Made by a program: the position numbers and the translations under genes
Notes under the pieces: generated by a model
Databases searched by the model: none
Told to the model about the DNA's origin: nothing
The model's input: the letters and a program-made list of their open reading frames with translations, nothing else
Part shown: one piece after another, positions 1-9,614 of the stretch
How positions within the stretch are numbered: the first letter of the stretch is position 1
Layout of the letters: each line of letters begins with the position of its first letter
DNA from: Clostridia bacterium
Lineage (GTDB): Bacteria; Bacillota; Clostridia; Oscillospirales; CAG-272
Assembly: GCA_017503285.1 (NCBI GenBank)
Contig: JAFVTH010000011.1
Span: 37,556 to 101,555 of the forward strand
DNA: 64,000 nucleotides
Direction of reading: 5' to 3'

Positions 1-508
1 GCACAAGCACGTATCTTATGCGCAGGTGTGTTTTCTTCTCACAAGCAAGGCTTATAAAATCAAGCACAGCCTTGTTTTCGTGACCTGTCAGGTCCTTGTG
101 CTTCTTTGTGTCTGCCTGCTTTATATCAAGCATAACAAGATCGCAAAGGCTAAGTAGCCTTTCGTATTTTTCCCTTTGCTTTTCCGTGTAGCAAATTCCC
201 GAGGTGTCAAGACAGGTATGTATGCCATTTTCCTTGGCCAGGGCAAAAAGCTCTATAAGAAAATCAATTTGCAAAAGCGGCTCGCCACCTGTGGCAGTAA
301 TACCACCGGTTTTATAAAAAGCCAAATTTCTTGTCATTTTGGAAAGCACCTCTTGGGCGCTGTATTCTGTACCAAGAGAGGTGTCCCAGGTGTCGGGATT
401 ATGACAATATTTGCACCTCATAGGACAGCCCTGGAAAAACACAACAAACCTAACCCCGGGCCCGTCAACCGTGCCAAAGGTTTCAAAGGAATGTATTCTT
501 CCCCTCAT
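1..508 (-). CDS. pflA: Pyruvate formate-lyase activating enzyme (radical-SAM glycyl-radical activase); 3' end cut by window edge
   Basis: Reverse translation from the ATG at 508..506 reads [42 protein letters not shown]..., which includes the CX3CX2C cluster motif. The start overlaps the pflB stop (TAATG). The ORF track shows only an antisense ORF here (176..586). Confidence 0.88.
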   Translation of the reverse strand, partial: MRGRIHSFETFGTVDGPGVRFVVFFQGCPMRCKYCHNPDTWDTSLGTEYSAQEVLSKMTRNLAFYKTGGITATGGEPLLQIDFLIELFALAKENGIHTCLDTSGICYTEKQREKYERLLSLCDLVMLDIKQADTKKHKDLTGHENKAVLDFISLACEKKTHLRIRYVLV

Positions 509-2736
509 TATATCCTACCGTGGAAGGTTCTTGAAATAACCTCGTCCTGCTGTTCCTTTGTAAGCTTAATAAAGTTAACTGCATAGCCGGAAACACGGAT
601 TGTAAGCTGAGGATAAAGCTCCGGATGCTTTTGAGCATCAAGCAAAAGCTCCTTGTCAAATACGTTTACGTTAAGGTGGAAGCCACCCTTGCCGGTATAG
701 CCATCAAGCAAGGCAACAAGGTTGTCAACCCTTTCGTCATTTGTTTTACCGAGGGCAGATGGTACAATAGTAAATGTGTTGGAAATACCATCCTGTGAGT
801 CCATAAATGGAATCTTAGCAACAGAGGCAAGAGAAGCCACAGCGCCGTTTTCGTCTCTTCCGTGCATTGGGTTAGCGCCGGGGGCAAATGCCTCGCCCTG
901 CTTTCTACCGTCAGGGGTAGAGCCTGTATTCTTTCCATAGGAAACGTTAGATGTGATTGTAAGAATTGAGGTTGTGATAATACCCTCACGATAGGTGTGG
1001 TTTTGACGGAGATACTTAAGGAATGTATGCAAAACCTCCTTAGCAATGTCGTCAACCCTGTCATCATCATTACCGTATTTAGGGAAGTCGCCCTCTACAA
1101 TGTAGTCAGTAACAATGCCACGCTCATCACGAACAACCTTAACCCTGGCATATTTTATAGCGGAAAGGGAGTCTGCAACAACGGAAAAGCCGGCAATACC
1201 GGTGGCAAACCAGCGCCTTACGTGCTTATCATGCAAAGCCATTTGCAGCCTTTCGTAGGAGTATTTGTCGTGCATATAGTGGATAATATTAAGTGCGTTT
1301 ACGTAAACCTGTGCAAGCCATTTCATCATAGCCTTGTACTTGGTCATAACATCCTCGTAGTCAAGATAGTCGCCAACAACAGGACGGTAGTCAGGGCCAA
1401 CCTGCTGACCGGAAATTTCGTCAACACCGCCGTTGATTGCGTAAAGCAAGCACTTTGCAAGGTTAGCTCTTGCGCCAAAGAACTGCATTTCCTTACCAAT
1501 TCTCATAGAGGAAACACAGCAAGCAATAGCATAGTCATCGCCATGTAAAGGACGCATAAGGTCGTCATTTTCATATTGGATTGCGTGGTGCTTAATTGAA
1601 ATGTCAGCACAGAATTTCTTAAACTCCTCAGGCAATTGTGAGGACCAAAGCACAGTAAGGTTTGGCTCCGGAGCTGCGCCCAGGTTGTTTAAGGTGTTAA
1701 GATATCTAAAGGACATCTTTGTAACCAAAGGACGTCCGTCTGTGCTCATACCGCCAACAGACTCGGTAACCCAAGTAGGGTCCCCTGCAAAAAGTGCATT
1801 GTACTCCGGTGTTCTTGCAAAGCAAACAAGACGGAGCTTCATAATAAAGTGGTCGATAATCTCCTGTGCCTCAGCCTCGGAGATAACGCCGTTTCTAAGG
1901 TCTCTTTCAGCATATATGTCAAGGAAGGTAGAGGTTCTGCCAAGGCTCATTGCAGCACCGTTTTGCTCCTTAACTGCGCCAAGGTAAGCAAAGTAAAGCG
2001 CCTGGGTTGCCTCCTTAAGCGTTCTTGCGGGCTTAGAAATATCACAGCCGTACTTTTGAGCCATAACCTTAAGCATTTCAAGGGCTCTTATCTGCTCGGC
2101 AATTTCCTCTCTGTCACGCATAACATCTGCGTACATAGTAATCTTTGCGCCTTCCTTCGCGTTTTGCTTATCCTCAATAAGCCTGTCAACGCCATAAAGG
2201 GCAACTCTACGATAGTCACCGATAATTCTACCTCTGCCGTAAGCGTCCGGTAGGCCTGTAATAATGTGGTTTGAACGACACCTTCTCATTTCAGGTGTGT
2301 ATACATCAAACACGCCTGCGTTATGTGTCTTTCTATGCTCGGTATAGGTGTGGATAACCTCCGGGTCCACCTCGTAGCCGAACTCCTTGCAGGCCTTTTG
2401 AGCCATGCGAATACCACCGTAAGGCTGGAGCGCTCTTTTCAAAGGCTTGTCAGTTTGTAAGCCAACAATTTGCTCCTTGTCCTTGTCGATGTACGCAGCG
2501 TCGTGAGATGTGATAGTGCATACAGTTTTTGTATCCATATCAAGCACACCGCCTGCTGCAACCTCTTGCTTCTTTAAATCTGAAATTGTATCCCAAAGGT
2601 CGATGGTGTCCTGTGTAGGACCGCAGAGAAAGCTACCATCGCCATAATAAGGGGTGTAGTTGTTTTGAATAAAATCACGAACGTTGATTTCATCCTCCCA
2701 AGCACCCTCGGCAAAGCCGAACCATTCTTCTCTCAT
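508..2736 (-). CDS. pflB: Pyruvate formate-lyase (formate C-acetyltransferase)
   Basis: 742 aa. It has the catalytic Cys-Cys ([10 protein letters not shown]) and the C-terminal glycyl-radical fingerprint [11 protein letters not shown]. The pflA activase lies immediately downstream. Confidence 0.95.
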   Translation of the reverse strand: MREEWFGFAEGAWEDEINVRDFIQNNYTPYYGDGSFLCGPTQDTIDLWDTISDLKKQEVAAGGVLDMDTKTVCTITSHDAAYIDKDKEQIVGLQTDKPLKRALQPYGGIRMAQKACKEFGYEVDPEVIHTYTEHRKTHNAGVFDVYTPEMRRCRSNHIITGLPDAYGRGRIIGDYRRVALYGVDRLIEDKQNAKEGAKITMYADVMRDREEIAEQIRALEMLKVMAQKYGCDISKPARTLKEATQALYFAYLGAVKEQNGAAMSLGRTSTFLDIYAERDLRNGVISEAEAQEIIDHFIMKLRLVCFARTPEYNALFAGDPTWVTESVGGMSTDGRPLVTKMSFRYLNTLNNLGAAPEPNLTVLWSSQLPEEFKKFCADISIKHHAIQYENDDLMRPLHGDDYAIACCVSSMRIGKEMQFFGARANLAKCLLYAINGGVDEISGQQVGPDYRPVVGDYLDYEDVMTKYKAMMKWLAQVYVNALNIIHYMHDKYSYERLQMALHDKHVRRWFATGIAGFSVVADSLSAIKYARVKVVRDERGIVTDYIVEGDFPKYGNDDDRVDDIAKEVLHTFLKYLRQNHTYREGIITTSILTITSNVSYGKNTGSTPDGRKQGEAFAPGANPMHGRDENGAVASLASVAKIPFMDSQDGISNTFTIVPSALGKTNDERVDNLVALLDGYTGKGGFHLNVNVFDKELLLDAQKHPELYPQLTIRVSGYAVNFIKLTKEQQDEVISRTFHGRI

Positions 2737-2962
2737 AGTGGGAAACCTCCTATATATGACATTCTTGATTATATTATACTATGCTGATAGTATAAAGTCA
2801 AGGAATTTTCGGTGACGAAGCTGTGAATTTATAAATCGCACAAAATCAGCAGTCAAGCATAGCTTGAAAATAGAAAAAATCACAAAACTTGAAAAAAATA
2901 TTGAAATGGGATATGCCCTTGTGCTAAAATATGCATATACAAAAAAGAAGAGGTGGTTTTCC

Positions 2963-3946
2963 TTGATTAGAGTAGGCATTTTCGGATATGGAAATCTTGG
3001 CAGAGGCGTTGAGCTTAGTATAAAGCAAAACCCGGATATGACCCTTGTGGCAGTTTTTACCCGTCGCGACCCAAGCACGGTTAAAATTCTAACCGAGGGG
3101 GTAGGAGTTTATCACGTTGACTCTGTGCTTGATTTTAAGGACAAGATAGATGTTATGGTTTTGTGCGGCGGCAGTGCAACTGACCTACCTGTGCAAACAC
3201 CGTTTTTAGCAGAGCACTTTAATGTTGTTGATAGCTTTGACACCCACGCAAAAATTCCTAATCACTTTGAAAATGTGGACCCTGTGTCTAAAAAAGCAGG
3301 CAAGGTTGCTATAATTTCCGTGGGCTGGGACCCCGGTATGTTCTCCTTGAATCGTCTTATGGCAAGCTGCATTTTAGTTGATGGCAAGGACTATACCTTC
3401 TGGGGTAAGGGCGTTTCCCAGGGTCACTCGGACGCAATCCGCAGAATAAACGGCGTTATAGACGCAAAGCAGTATACTATCCCTGTTGAAGAGGCGCTTG
3501 AAAGCGTTAGAGCAGGCGAAAATCCGGAGCTGACAACAAGACAAAAGCACACTCGCCTTTGTTATGTTGTGGCAGAGGACGACGCAGACCTAAACAGAAT
3601 TGAAAATGAAATCAAGACAATGCCAAACTACTTTTCTGACTATGACACAACAGTTAACTTTATCTCCCTTGAGGAGCTAAAGCGTGAGCATAGCGGTATT
3701 CCGCACGGTGGTGTGGTTATTCGTAGCGGAAAAACAGGCAAGGACCTTGAAAACACTCACATTATCGAGTATAAGCTAAAGCTTGACTCTAATCCCGAGT
3801 TTACTGCATCAGTTATTGTTGCTTACGCAAGGGCAGCGTATCGTATGAACCAAGAGGGTGCTTGCGGCTGCAAAACCGTGTTTGATATAGCACCTGCATA
3901 CTTAAGCCCAAAGGACGGCGCAGAGCTGCGCAAGAGCTTTTTATAA
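2963..3946 (+). CDS. ddh: meso-diaminopimelate D-dehydrogenase
   Basis: The N-terminus IRVGIFGYGNLGRGVE...PDMTLVAVFTRRDP is typical of Ddh. I place the start at the in-frame TTG at 2963, preceded by GAAGAGGTGG. The track start at 2864 would add 33 aa of non-homologous sequence. Confidence 0.82.
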   Translation: MIRVGIFGYGNLGRGVELSIKQNPDMTLVAVFTRRDPSTVKILTEGVGVYHVDSVLDFKDKIDVMVLCGGSATDLPVQTPFLAEHFNVVDSFDTHAKIPNHFENVDPVSKKAGKVAIISVGWDPGMFSLNRLMASCILVDGKDYTFWGKGVSQGHSDAIRRINGVIDAKQYTIPVEEALESVRAGENPELTTRQKHTRLCYVVAEDDADLNRIENEIKTMPNYFSDYDTTVNFISLEELKREHSGIPHGGVVIRSGKTGKDLENTHIIEYKLKLDSNPEFTASVIVAYARAAYRMNQEGACGCKTVFDIAPAYLSPKDGAELRKSFL

Positions 3947-3962
3947 AATCTCTAAAATACAC

Positions 3963-4009
3963 AAAAAACAGACACTCTCCCAAGGGAAAGCGTCTGTTTT
4001 CTTTTTTTT
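3963..4009. terminator. Bidirectional Rho-independent terminator (CAGACAC...GTCTG family)
   Basis: An A-run, a GC-containing hairpin (acagacac...gcgtctgt) and a T-run lie between the convergent ddh and hydrolase genes. Confidence 0.7.
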
Positions 4010-4010
4010 A

Positions 4011-4973
4011 TTAGTCGTTTAAGAAGTCAATAACCTGATTCCATATTTCCATATTTTGCTCAGTGATTTGGAACCAATCGTATTTGTCAATGTGGGGCTG
4101 ATGGGTCGCAGGGTCCTTAAAGTAGCCTGCGCGCTCAAGCCTTCTTGTGTCCTTGAAAAATGCTTTCTTGGCAGTAATGCCGGCAATAGAGTAGCTTGGG
4201 TTGTGGTCAGCGCCATTCGTTATAATAAACCTGATTCTTTCGTTGCCCTTAAGGGACTTCATCAGCTTTTTACAGTGGTGGTTGAACTTAACCGTTCTGT
4301 CGTCCTTTGATTGAACAATAAGGGCGCGCACATTGCTTTCGGCAAGGCTCTTGTCCGAGGAGCACTCAAAATATTTTGGATTAATTGCCTTTTCAAGAAA
4401 ATAAACCCTGCCACGGAAGGGTATTAAAAGGTTTTTCATGTGCTGCTTGATAATAGCTTTTATGGAAAGAAGCCCCGCAAAGGAAACCACCTTTTTTACA
4501 TCCGGATGGAAGCTGCAAATATTCATAGCCGAGTATCCGCCCCAGCTGTGTCCCACAATATAAAGCTCCCAGCCTGCAAGCTCCGGCATTTGCTTAAGCT
4601 GTGTCAGCGCGTCGTCAAGGTCGCGCAGAGCCTGTCCAAAGCCAAAGGTTGCAGCCCCCTCAGACTCCATACAACCGGTTTTGTCGTGGGCATAAACTAA
4701 AAAGCCTTGACTGGCAAGCAGCTCAATCTCTCTTAAGTAACCACGGTGGCCTGTCCACATGCCATGCTCAAAAATAACCAGCCTGCCGCTTTTTACCTTG
4801 TCCTCATAGTAGTAGAAATTGCCCTGTAAATTATGTCCCAATGAGGATTTAATTGTGATTTTGTGGCACATAAGCCCCGGAAAATCATCGCTGGTAAATA
4901 GAAAAATGTAGGGCTTACCGTCAAAGCGCTTAAAAATAGATTCAAGGTAAACCTTGTCAACAATATGTCCCAT
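4011..4973 (-). CDS. Alpha/beta-fold hydrolase (serine hydrolase, substrate unknown)
   Basis: 320 aa. It has the nucleophile elbow GHSWGG, a later SKDDRTV (Asp) and GADHN (His). No signal peptide. Confidence 0.7.
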   Translation of the reverse strand: MGHIVDKVYLESIFKRFDGKPYIFLFTSDDFPGLMCHKITIKSSLGHNLQGNFYYYEDKVKSGRLVIFEHGMWTGHRGYLREIELLASQGFLVYAHDKTGCMESEGAATFGFGQALRDLDDALTQLKQMPELAGWELYIVGHSWGGYSAMNICSFHPDVKKVVSFAGLLSIKAIIKQHMKNLLIPFRGRVYFLEKAINPKYFECSSDKSLAESNVRALIVQSKDDRTVKFNHHCKKLMKSLKGNERIRFIITNGADHNPSYSIAGITAKKAFFKDTRRLERAGYFKDPATHQPHIDKYDWFQITEQNMEIWNQVIDFLND

Positions 4974-4981
4974 TATATCTC

Positions 4982-5986
4982 CTAAATAAAAATTTCACAG
5001 TCGAAGGTATATCCGTCCTTAGTCTTGTTAATGCCGTACTGTGTCCTCTTTACTAAGTTAAACAGCTTGTCGCCATCTATACCAACTAAATTATCAACTG
5101 ATTCAATAAATCTTTCTGCCATTTCGTGAAAGCGGGTGGTGGTAACATAAATACCGCGGGTGCCGCCCTGCGCCACCATAGCGCCGTAAAACTCGCGCAC
5201 CTCTTTTTCGTTAATTTGAGCTCTGTCACGGTTTTTTGTCTGCACCTTGATTTTTTCTACAAAGCCAAAGTAGTCAACAACCTCAAGCACTACATCAATG
5301 CCACCGTCATCGCTACCGCCGGAAACATCGCAGTAAACAACCATCTGTCCGGAAAGGGAGTAATACTTTTCCAAAAGTCCTGCCATAAAGCTCTCAAAGA
5401 AAGCTCCGCCGCGTAGCCATAAATTTCTGAAGAATTTCGGCTTAAATTCATTTTCGGGCAGGGGAGTGTCGCATTTTGCCATATTATCTGCTTCACTTTT
5501 TAGTGTGTATTTGCCGTTTACAACGTCAATTTCTCCAATATCCACAAGGTTGAAAAGAATATTGCCGGCAATGGAACGCAGGGAAAAGTCGTCCTTTTGG
5601 GAAACGGTAGTGTCTGTACCAAAGTGACTTTCAAGATGGGAATAAATATCCTCCTTTGTGCGCACAGCACCCTCTAAAAAGGCAAGGATTTCAAGCTCAA
5701 CGCTGTCCTCGCGAACAATAACAAGCTCCTCCTTGGCAAGGGAATAAAGCTCTCCTACACGCTTAACAGCCTTCTTGTTCAGCAGGTCGTTTAGGGCAGT
5801 AGAAAGGTAGCTTTTTATAACACTGTATTTGCTTTTTGGAGATAAGTCGCCCTTTTCCTCTTCAGTAAGGCCGAAAAGGTCAATAGCCCCTTCAATAAGC
5901 TCATTTCTTGTGGCGCTTTGCTTTTTGGAAAGTGTTTCCACAATTTTAGAAACGGATTTTTTTCTTAGCTTGTTTGTAATTTTCAC
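4982..5986 (-). CDS. Mrr-like (type IV) restriction endonuclease domain protein with N-terminal winged-helix-like region
   Basis: The C-terminal half carries GGSDDGGIDVVLEV...KVQTKNR...GIYVTTTRF, a PD-(D/E)xK-like core. I place the start at the GTG at 5986, behind GGAAGGGTGGG. Confidence 0.55.
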   Translation of the reverse strand: MKITNKLRKKSVSKIVETLSKKQSATRNELIEGAIDLFGLTEEEKGDLSPKSKYSVIKSYLSTALNDLLNKKAVKRVGELYSLAKEELVIVREDSVELEILAFLEGAVRTKEDIYSHLESHFGTDTTVSQKDDFSLRSIAGNILFNLVDIGEIDVVNGKYTLKSEADNMAKCDTPLPENEFKPKFFRNLWLRGGAFFESFMAGLLEKYYSLSGQMVVYCDVSGGSDDGGIDVVLEVVDYFGFVEKIKVQTKNRDRAQINEKEVREFYGAMVAQGGTRGIYVTTTRFHEMAERFIESVDNLVGIDGDKLFNLVKRTQYGINKTKDGYTFDCEIFI

Positions 5987-6191
5987 AAATATCCCACCCT
6001 TCCTCATTTTATCATATCATAAATCCAAAAATCTTTCAACAATACTTTACAAAAATCGACAAAATTTTTCACACCTTAACCGGTCGTGAAGCTTTTTATA
6101 TGGTATGCAAAAAAAGTTTTTCATATGGCATTACCATCTTGCAAAGCTATGCTATAGGTGCTATAATATAATAAATTTGGCAATTTGAGGT

Positions 6192-7358
6192 GTGAAAATG
6201 AAGAAAGCTTTAATGGTTTTTATTGTATTATCCCTGTTTTTGCTGCTTGGTCTATGCTCCTGCGGCAAGTCATATATAGGCGAGGAGTATTTAGAGTATT
6301 TACCTGTGGGTGATGGTAGTGAATTTGGCGTTAGGGTGGGGGAAGCAATAGCTCTTGATAAAATAGAAATTCCGCCATATCATAACGGCAAGCCTGTTAC
6401 TGTGATTTTGGAAAGTGCCTTCAAGGATGCGAGGGCAAGTGAAATAGTGATTCCTGACACAATTACAACCATCGAAACGGGTGCTTTTTATAACTGTAGA
6501 AACCTTTTGGCAATTCACATTCCTGCGTCAGTTAGTAAGATTGAAAATATGGCGTTTTTCAATATACTTATTACCTGTGAGGCTTTAACCGAGGGAGAAA
6601 ATTGGGGCTATAACTGGGAAAATAATTGTAGTGTACTCTATGATGTTCAATCATCTGGAATAGAAAATGACTTTTTCTGGGTGAAAAGCTATTCAACAGG
6701 GGAAATAGAGCTTATTCTATACGTGGGAAACGAACAACCAAGTAATATTGTTAAGGTTCCATCAAGCATTCAAGGAACAAGCATTACAGAGGTTAACCTT
6801 TATAACCTGGGCATACCAAAAGAGGCTGTTGTTTATTTGCCAAAGGAGCTGACGGATGTTAGCTTTGATGGTGCTACCTTTGAGATTGTGCTTTGTGAAG
6901 CGCCAAGCGGCGAATTAGATTACTACAAAGGCGCGATTGTTTGGGATGCCAAAATGGACGGTGAAAATGGTTTTGATGGTGGGCTTTACTGGGCAGAGCT
7001 TAATAATGGTGGGGTGGCAGTGCTTGATAGCTTAGTAGGCGCAAGACAAATAAATATTCCGGAGCAGATTAACGGCAGAGACGTGACAGTAATAGCTGAA
7101 AACGGCTTTGCAAATAATGAGTATATTACAGAAGTTATTATCCCAAAAACCGTACGTAAAATAGGAACCAATGCATTTAGCTCTTGTTCAGCTTTAGTAA
7201 GTGTTTATATACCATCCTCTGTTGAAGTAATTGAACGCTTTGCATTTTATGATTCTCCCAACCTAACAATTTACTGTGAGGCAACAAAAAAGCAGGACGG
7301 CTGGTACTACCTTTGGAAGGCAAGATCCATTGATGTTGTTTGGGGCTACAAATATTAA
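6192..7358 (+). CDS. BspA-type leucine-rich-repeat lipoprotein
   Basis: Signal peptide plus lipobox (LLGLCSCG). Repeats of the form IP.SV..IE..AF..C..L..I.IP (for example IGTNAFSSCSALVSVYIPSSVEVIERFAFYDSPNL). Confidence 0.75.
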   Translation: MKMKKALMVFIVLSLFLLLGLCSCGKSYIGEEYLEYLPVGDGSEFGVRVGEAIALDKIEIPPYHNGKPVTVILESAFKDARASEIVIPDTITTIETGAFYNCRNLLAIHIPASVSKIENMAFFNILITCEALTEGENWGYNWENNCSVLYDVQSSGIENDFFWVKSYSTGEIELILYVGNEQPSNIVKVPSSIQGTSITEVNLYNLGIPKEAVVYLPKELTDVSFDGATFEIVLCEAPSGELDYYKGAIVWDAKMDGENGFDGGLYWAELNNGGVAVLDSLVGARQINIPEQINGRDVTVIAENGFANNEYITEVIIPKTVRKIGTNAFSSCSALVSVYIPSSVEVIERFAFYDSPNLTIYCEATKKQDGWYYLWKARSIDVVWGYKY

Positions 7359-7365
7359 GAATAAA

Positions 7366-7405
7366 CAAAAAACAGACACTTTCCTTGGGGGAGTGTCTGT
7401 TTTTA
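7366..7405. terminator. Bidirectional terminator (CAGACAC...GTGTCTG family)
   Basis: The sequence aaaaaacagacactttccttgggggagtgtctgttttt lies between convergent genes. Confidence 0.75.
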
Positions 7406-7408
7406 TAA

Positions 7409-9376
7409 TTATTTTTGTGGTCTTGGAATTACGAATACAGGCATTTCAGAAACGTCGATTGTAACATATCCGTCCTCTTCAACAAGGTCGGTTCTTAAAC
7501 CGTTGTATCTTTCAAATGCAAGCTGCGCAAGGATGTAATCACCGTGTCCTACCTTTAGCTTGTAGCCCTCAACGGTAGTTGAATTTGAGGTTGGGCACCA
7601 AACTGCATACTTGTATGCGCCGTCCTTTGTAACATAGCGGAAAATCTTAACATTTTCGTTGCCGGACTCTATCTCGCAGTCAAAGCGAGTGTCGGAAATA
7701 ATTTCCTTAAGAGTATATACATAATAGAAGGAATCCTTCTTATTACCCATGATAACATTATTTGGAGTAATCTCAATTGGGAATCTAACAAGACCGGATG
7801 AGCCGTATTTACCGATTGCGTGCTCCTCAGGGCCGCAGTCACGGGACATATACATGGCAGCTCTTTCAATACCGATAGATGAAAGGAGCAAATATTCACG
7901 CACGAGCCACATACCCTGCACCTGTCTGCCTGTATAATTGCCGTATGCATGGGCAGCGGTAGAGGTTTTGTAGCTTTGGTTAGTATCCCAGCCAAACTCT
8001 GTAAGCCAAATTTCCATATCAGGGCAGTATCTGTCACGCCAATCTCTTATGCAGTCGAAGCGGCCGATGATATCGCCCTCCTCCGGGCTTACGCCAACAT
8101 AAACCTTTTCGCTGAGTGCATCTCTGTCATCAATATTTACGTCAACAAGCTGAATGATACCTGCCTTGTCAACGCTCTTACCACAGTAGCAGTGAGCATT
8201 AATAGCATCGAAAGGAAGCTTTTTGTCCTTTCTGTTGTACTCGCACCAGAACTGCATAGCACGGAGCCTGCCAAGGTGCAAGCCTGCGCCACCGGACATA
8301 GACATAAAGAAGTTAGGGTCAGCCTGCTTAACGCCAACATTTTTATACATACCCTCGTGTCCGTCGTAGCAGATAGACAAAAAGGCAGCCATTTCAAATG
8401 GGGAGAAGTATTGACCTCTGCCAAGCCAAGTACCATCAGGCTCGTTTAACGGCTCAAGGGCGTTTAAAACGCCAAGACCGATTTTCTTTTCCTGTCCCTC
8501 GCCAACCTTTACAGTATCGGGGTCGATATCCTTATTTGAGCCGTAACGGGCAACAAACTGATAAAGCATAGCAGCATAGGAAAGGAAGTTTCTTGGGTCA
8601 TCGCTTGGCTCAAAGCCGTCCTTTGGAAAACGCTTGCTGTGTGTGGAAATTGTTGGGCAAAGCGCAATACCGTAATTGTGCATTCTTGTATAGTAATCAT
8701 CAAAGTCCCACATTTTGTTAAGGCTTGGGTTCATAGAAAGTGTAACATCTGTGCCCTCGCCCTCGCAGGTCCAGGTCCAAGGATGGTATTCACGAATGTA
8801 GGTAACGGCACGGTTAATGTCGTCTGCATCGTTAACAAATGCATTCATACCAACAAAGTGTGAAAGGTCGGAGAACTTGTGCTCCTTTCTTTCAGGAGGT
8901 GTAAGGTCGATATCCTCAACCTTATAGCCGTATATAAGAATTTCGCTAGGAGCTTGGTTGTTGTTGAAGGAAAAGTTAATGAATCTTGTCTTGTAGCCGG
9001 TTTCAAAGCCGGTCCACTCTCTCTCCTTAGGTGCGTGTAATTCGTCGTATTCCCAGCTAAATGGTGTACCCATCTTAACTCTAACCTTACGAACGCCGTA
9101 GTCGTGCTTGTCAGCCTCTGGCTTGTAAGCGTCGTAATCGTTATAGAAATACATATTAGTAATTTGGTAAATTGCGCCTAAATCAACAGTAAAGGCAAGA
9201 TCGGTTTGACCAACCCACCAATGGTCGTGCCTTGGATGCACCTGAGGAATTTGACCCTCAACGCCGTAAAGCGGGTCACCGTCGTTTTCAAACTCACAGA
9301 AAAAGTTTTCAATTCTCTCAAGGCCCATATCGTTGATGAGCATTTCTGGAGTGACTCTAATTTTTTGTGGCTTCAT
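7409..9376 (-). CDS. Clan GH-A-like glycoside hydrolase, family unassigned, no signal peptide
   Basis: An NEP acid/base motif (ALEPLNEPDG, Glu codon 8441..8443) and a nucleophile motif (EIWLTEFGWD, Glu codon 7997..7999) sit in the order expected for a (beta/alpha)8 fold. I place the start at the ATG at 9376, behind AAGGAGAA; the track start at 9424 lacks an RBS. Confidence 0.55.
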   Translation of the reverse strand: MKPQKIRVTPEMLINDMGLERIENFFCEFENDGDPLYGVEGQIPQVHPRHDHWWVGQTDLAFTVDLGAIYQITNMYFYNDYDAYKPEADKHDYGVRKVRVKMGTPFSWEYDELHAPKEREWTGFETGYKTRFINFSFNNNQAPSEILIYGYKVEDIDLTPPERKEHKFSDLSHFVGMNAFVNDADDINRAVTYIREYHPWTWTCEGEGTDVTLSMNPSLNKMWDFDDYYTRMHNYGIALCPTISTHSKRFPKDGFEPSDDPRNFLSYAAMLYQFVARYGSNKDIDPDTVKVGEGQEKKIGLGVLNALEPLNEPDGTWLGRGQYFSPFEMAAFLSICYDGHEGMYKNVGVKQADPNFFMSMSGGAGLHLGRLRAMQFWCEYNRKDKKLPFDAINAHCYCGKSVDKAGIIQLVDVNIDDRDALSEKVYVGVSPEEGDIIGRFDCIRDWRDRYCPDMEIWLTEFGWDTNQSYKTSTAAHAYGNYTGRQVQGMWLVREYLLLSSIGIERAAMYMSRDCGPEEHAIGKYGSSGLVRFPIEITPNNVIMGNKKDSFYYVYTLKEIISDTRFDCEIESGNENVKIFRYVTKDGAYKYAVWCPTSNSTTVEGYKLKVGHGDYILAQLAFERYNGLRTDLVEEDGYVTIDVSEMPVFVIPRPQK

Positions 9377-9614
9377 TTTTGAATTCTCCTTGCGATTTTG
9401 CAAAAGCATAGTAAAGGTGCGCAAAAATCGTAATGCGCCCTTAGGTTGATTATATAATAATCAATGGTAAAAGTCAATAAAAAAAGGGAATTTAAGTCAA
9501 AATAATTTTATGCACGAAAGGGGGTTTTTGTTGACAACGCAAATAATAAATGGTAAAATAAATTGTTAAAATTAGTCGGTAAAATGAATTGCTAAGAAAA
9601 AGAGGTAGAAAAAA

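Noticed and set aside
176-586. 136-aa ORF on the plus strand at the left edge
   Set aside because: It is antisense to a clear pflA reading frame (radical-SAM motif, overlap-coupled to pflB). It has no RBS and no recognisable motif, so I treat it as spurious.
2737-2863. Rex/CRP-FNR-type site upstream of pflB (tgtgaatttataaatcgcaca)
   Set aside because: The half-site spacing (TGTGA-N12-CACA) fits neither the 16-bp CRP/FNR layout nor the Rex TTGTGAA-N4-TTCACAA layout, and the right half-site is imperfect. The evidence is insufficient.
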